64,000 bases of DNA from Clytia hemisphaerica. Taxonomy: Eukaryota. Positions 61,183 to 64,000 of this stretch are shown in pieces. A program made the position numbers and the translations under genes. The first letter of the stretch is position 1. Each line of letters begins with the position of its first letter. The stretch spans positions 249,149 to 313,148 of the forward strand of contig NW_027103772.1 of the NCBI RefSeq assembly GCF_902728285.1, read 5' to 3'. The notes beneath the pieces were generated by a model. That model was not told the DNA's origin, made no database searches, and saw only the letters and a list, made by a program, of their open reading frames with translations.

Positions 61183-61579
61183 CTATAATGAAATTAAGGA
61201 GACAGGCATATACTCTCCGATACGTAGCAGACAGGTATCTGGATCAATCTAGACTGTAATTGTGTATAATCAGTGTAATACAGTAATGTGGATATGTTAT
61301 ATGATGATATGATAATTATTACGGCTACGGGATAACATCAGTTTGTGTGGAAATTTTTTTCAGTTTTTCGTCAGCCAACGAAAGTTTATTTGCTCACAAT
61401 TTTTATACCACTCAGCTAATGGAAAACCCGTGTACAGTTTTTTCTTTTTTTTCCTGGGGACATTTTCCTCGCCTAATTTCAAAAAGGAGAAAAATACTGA
61501 TTAAAATATATTATGCAGCTAATGAATGTTTTGTAAATTGTAAAAACCATCTCAAATATTTGGTACAAATAATCCATAC

Positions 61580-61637
61580 CTCTGCTACATGTAAAGGTGT
61601 ATTGTGACAATTATCCAATCGAACACCGTGGAATATT
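61580..61637 (-). CDS. AGL: AGL exon (RIFHGVRLDNCHNTPLHVAE)
   Basis: Acceptor aattttag and donor gtatgg. Contains the catalytic-region motif GVRLDNCHSTPLHVAE of human AGL. Confidence 0.85.
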
Positions 61638-62388
61638 CTAAAATTATAAGATAACAAGTGGAATAGTGTTACCAGTGGCTGCTTAAGGTTTACAATTCAC
61701 TGGTCTAAAAATTCGCCTCGGCACCTTAAGTACATATTCACGCTAACCAATACACTGGACTTGATAAAAATTCATCGGCCTACAGTCTAAAAATCACCAC
61801 AGTTAACTTTTCATTGTTCAGCCCACCAAAAACAAAGCAAAACCCCTGACTATCGATGTTTTCAGGACATCATATAGTAATCTAGGACTTGTTTTAATCT
61901 GTTTAGAAGTTTTTCGATCGTTTCATGAGGATCAACGGTCAACTTATTAATGAACTGAACGGGAAAAAGAACCGGAATTCGAACTGGAAACCCCCTGCTT
62001 TGAGCGGCTGAAACCTCACATCACTCAGCCATCGCTGAACCGGGAATCCCTAGTTTGAAGGTCTTTTAAACCATACAATCATCACTCCACTGTCAAAAGT
62101 AATAACAACTTCGTGAAGAGAACTTCGGTCAGCTTCAGTCAGTTATCGTGAAGATAGCTCCAGGGAAATTGATAATAAGAAAATTAATTCCGTAAAAAAA
62201 GTAATTGCCCAAAAGAAAGAACAATATTGCTGAAGTAAGGTTATTCGTCTGAGACGGAAAACGGATTTTACACAGCATATTGAAATGTTGGTGAATTAAG
62301 CAGAACTTTGAGAAAAGCCTTACTATACTTCACTGAAACTAAAATTCGTCTGAAACGGACGAACTTTTGACACTGGAAGAAAGCGTAC

Positions 62389-62658
62389 CTTGCCATCTGT
62401 TCGGTGTATTGTTTCATGTATTCCCAAAGGAACGGAACGTCGTCCGGGGAATCACCATACCGCAGCTTAATGGAATCACCCCAAGCAAACAGTTCTCTGC
62501 ATAGAAATACATGGGAATCTTCACCCACGAAACCTTTCAAGATATCACCTCCAGCAACCCAGCCGTTGTGCGCCATTATGAGATTAGCATTCGAAGGAGA
62601 TTCTACAAGTTCTTCGTCAGCCGTGAGATTAGCATCTTTGAATGGATAACAGAAATAT
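62389..62658 (-). CDS. AGL: AGL exon (RYFCYPFKDANLTADEE...IMAHNGWVAGGDILKGFVGEDSHVFLCRELFAWGDSIKLRYGDSPDDVPFLWEYMKQYTEQMA)
   Basis: Acceptor ctatttgcag and donor gtacgc. Aligns to human [59 protein letters not shown]. Confidence 0.85.
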
Positions 62659-62810
62659 CTGCAAATAGGTAAATACAGAACTCAGTAAAGGTCTACGAGA
62701 CGTAGTAGTGTCCTTGTTTTTTAACTAGCCTGCAGGAGGTTCAAGTTTGTGACGGTGAAAACATTCGAGTTATAGAGGCTCGAGTAATGGAGACTCCACT
62801 GTATCCACAT

Positions 62811-62909
62811 TCCCAACTGGCACACGACGTTGTTTTAACGTTCATCTAACGTTATATGGACGTTGTGAACGTTATATAAACGTTAAAACAACGTTGTGTG
62901 CCAGCTGGG
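62811..62909. mobile_element. MITE family 3, copy 2 (AGL intron)
   Basis: cccaactggcacacgacgttgttttaacgtt...aacgttaaaacaacgttgtgtgccagctggg. Confidence 0.6.
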
Positions 62910-63607
62910 TTATCGAAAGTCTCATCTTAATTGATTAGAAGTACCTTCTCGAAGTTATAGGTATTAAGGGCGTTACGCAGTAATACAGTATATTCTCAAC
63001 AACTCGAAAACGTACGGTGAGCAGAAATTTGTTTCGAGATATGGAGTAAGGTTTAAAAAGCATTATCATTAACTGAAAGGATGAGAAAATTTGTTCGAGT
63101 TGAGGAGATGCTTGAGTTATAAAGGTTCGAGTTAAAGTGGCTCACATAGCGTCAGCCTGGGTTTAGGTCCAAGGCAAAAATTAAGTCCCCCCTGAGTTAC
63201 AAGTCCCCTCAAAGATTTTATGAATTTTTTAGTAGCCCCCAGGACTTTTGACCCTAGACACTTTAAAAAAATTGATCCATTAAAAAAGGTTTTTCCAATA
63301 TAAATTGCGTTCAGTTCTAAGTTTAAGATAAAATATTTCGAAAATTTTTCAGATTCATGAGAATTTGAGTAATTGAAGCCAACTATTAAGCTGAATTATT
63401 TTAGCCCCCACGTTAAGTGATGAGATTTTAGCTCCCCCCAAGTACATAGGTGCCCCCAAAAAATTGGTGTACTTCCAGCCCCCTCCTTTTTTGGAAAAAA
63501 TTTAGGGTGTAACCTCCCAACCAGCAGGGGGGCTGACACTATGCCTCAACTGTAGTTTTAGGTATCAGGAAAACGAGCAAATAAAGTAAAAATAAATGGA
63601 CACTCAC

Positions 63608-63775
63608 CTGACAGCAATGGAGTGCTCTTCAGTCACAGCACCATATTTCGGACCGTTTAAATCGAGGAAGTGATACCGTATATGACCGAGTGTGCTCTCG
63701 GTGACTTTACTAATGACAAAATCCCTGAAATCGCGTTTGTTCTGGTTTAGTTTTTCCAGGTATGTCTTTAGAGAA
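63608..63775 (-). CDS. AGL: glycogen debranching enzyme (AGL) internal exon (..SLKTYLEKLNQNKRDF..TESTLGHIRYHFLDLNGPKYGAVTEEHSIAV)
   Basis: Acceptor cttttag and donor gtgagtg. Aligns to human AGL ..ALGHVRYQQLDVNGPKHGPVTQENPAHE. The gene's 5' end lies beyond position 64000. Confidence 0.75.
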
Positions 63776-64000
63776 CTAAAAGGAGAATTATGAAAGTCGA
63801 GAATAATGGTTCTTTTAAATATCAGACGAGACCTACAAAAACAAAGTCTAAAGATAAGCAAAACGTGGCTAACTTTTTCTCCTGTCCATCACTACTAGCT
63901 GACATGTTGCAGCATCAGATTATCTGATAGGTTTCCCAGCGATAGATAAATGGACGGGCAAAGTCGATATTTTATATGCATAGCCCAGTAATGTAGGGAC

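Overview
AT-rich, intron-rich metazoan genomic window. Five protein-coding genes are supported by splice-site and homology evidence: (1) thioredoxin (minus, 2 coding exons, 1216-3234); (2) a TBL2-like WD40 protein with an N-terminal TM segment (plus, 12 coding exons, 3541-18369), head-to-head with thioredoxin across a ~300-bp putative bidirectional promoter; (3) an unrecognised ~255-aa coiled-coil protein (plus, 4 exons, 19488-25235); (4) a complete major vault protein gene MVP (minus, 11 coding exons, 35826 down to 26377); (5) the C-terminal ~2/3 of glycogen debranching enzyme AGL (minus, at least 20 exons, from beyond the window edge down to 40412). Introns and intergenic DNA are packed with non-autonomous TIR elements (MITEs) of several families, including hAT-like ones with poly-G termini, plus tRNA-derived SINE-like sequences, a truncated LINE reverse-transcriptase fragment and tandem repeats. 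The most striking structure is two ~3.0-kb copies of one TIR DNA transposon (each with its own 9-bp TSD) lying in inverted orientation 28.6 kb apart and bracketing the whole MVP gene and the 3' part of AGL. Exon coordinates were derived by hand from splice consensus and homology and may be off by 1-2 nt.
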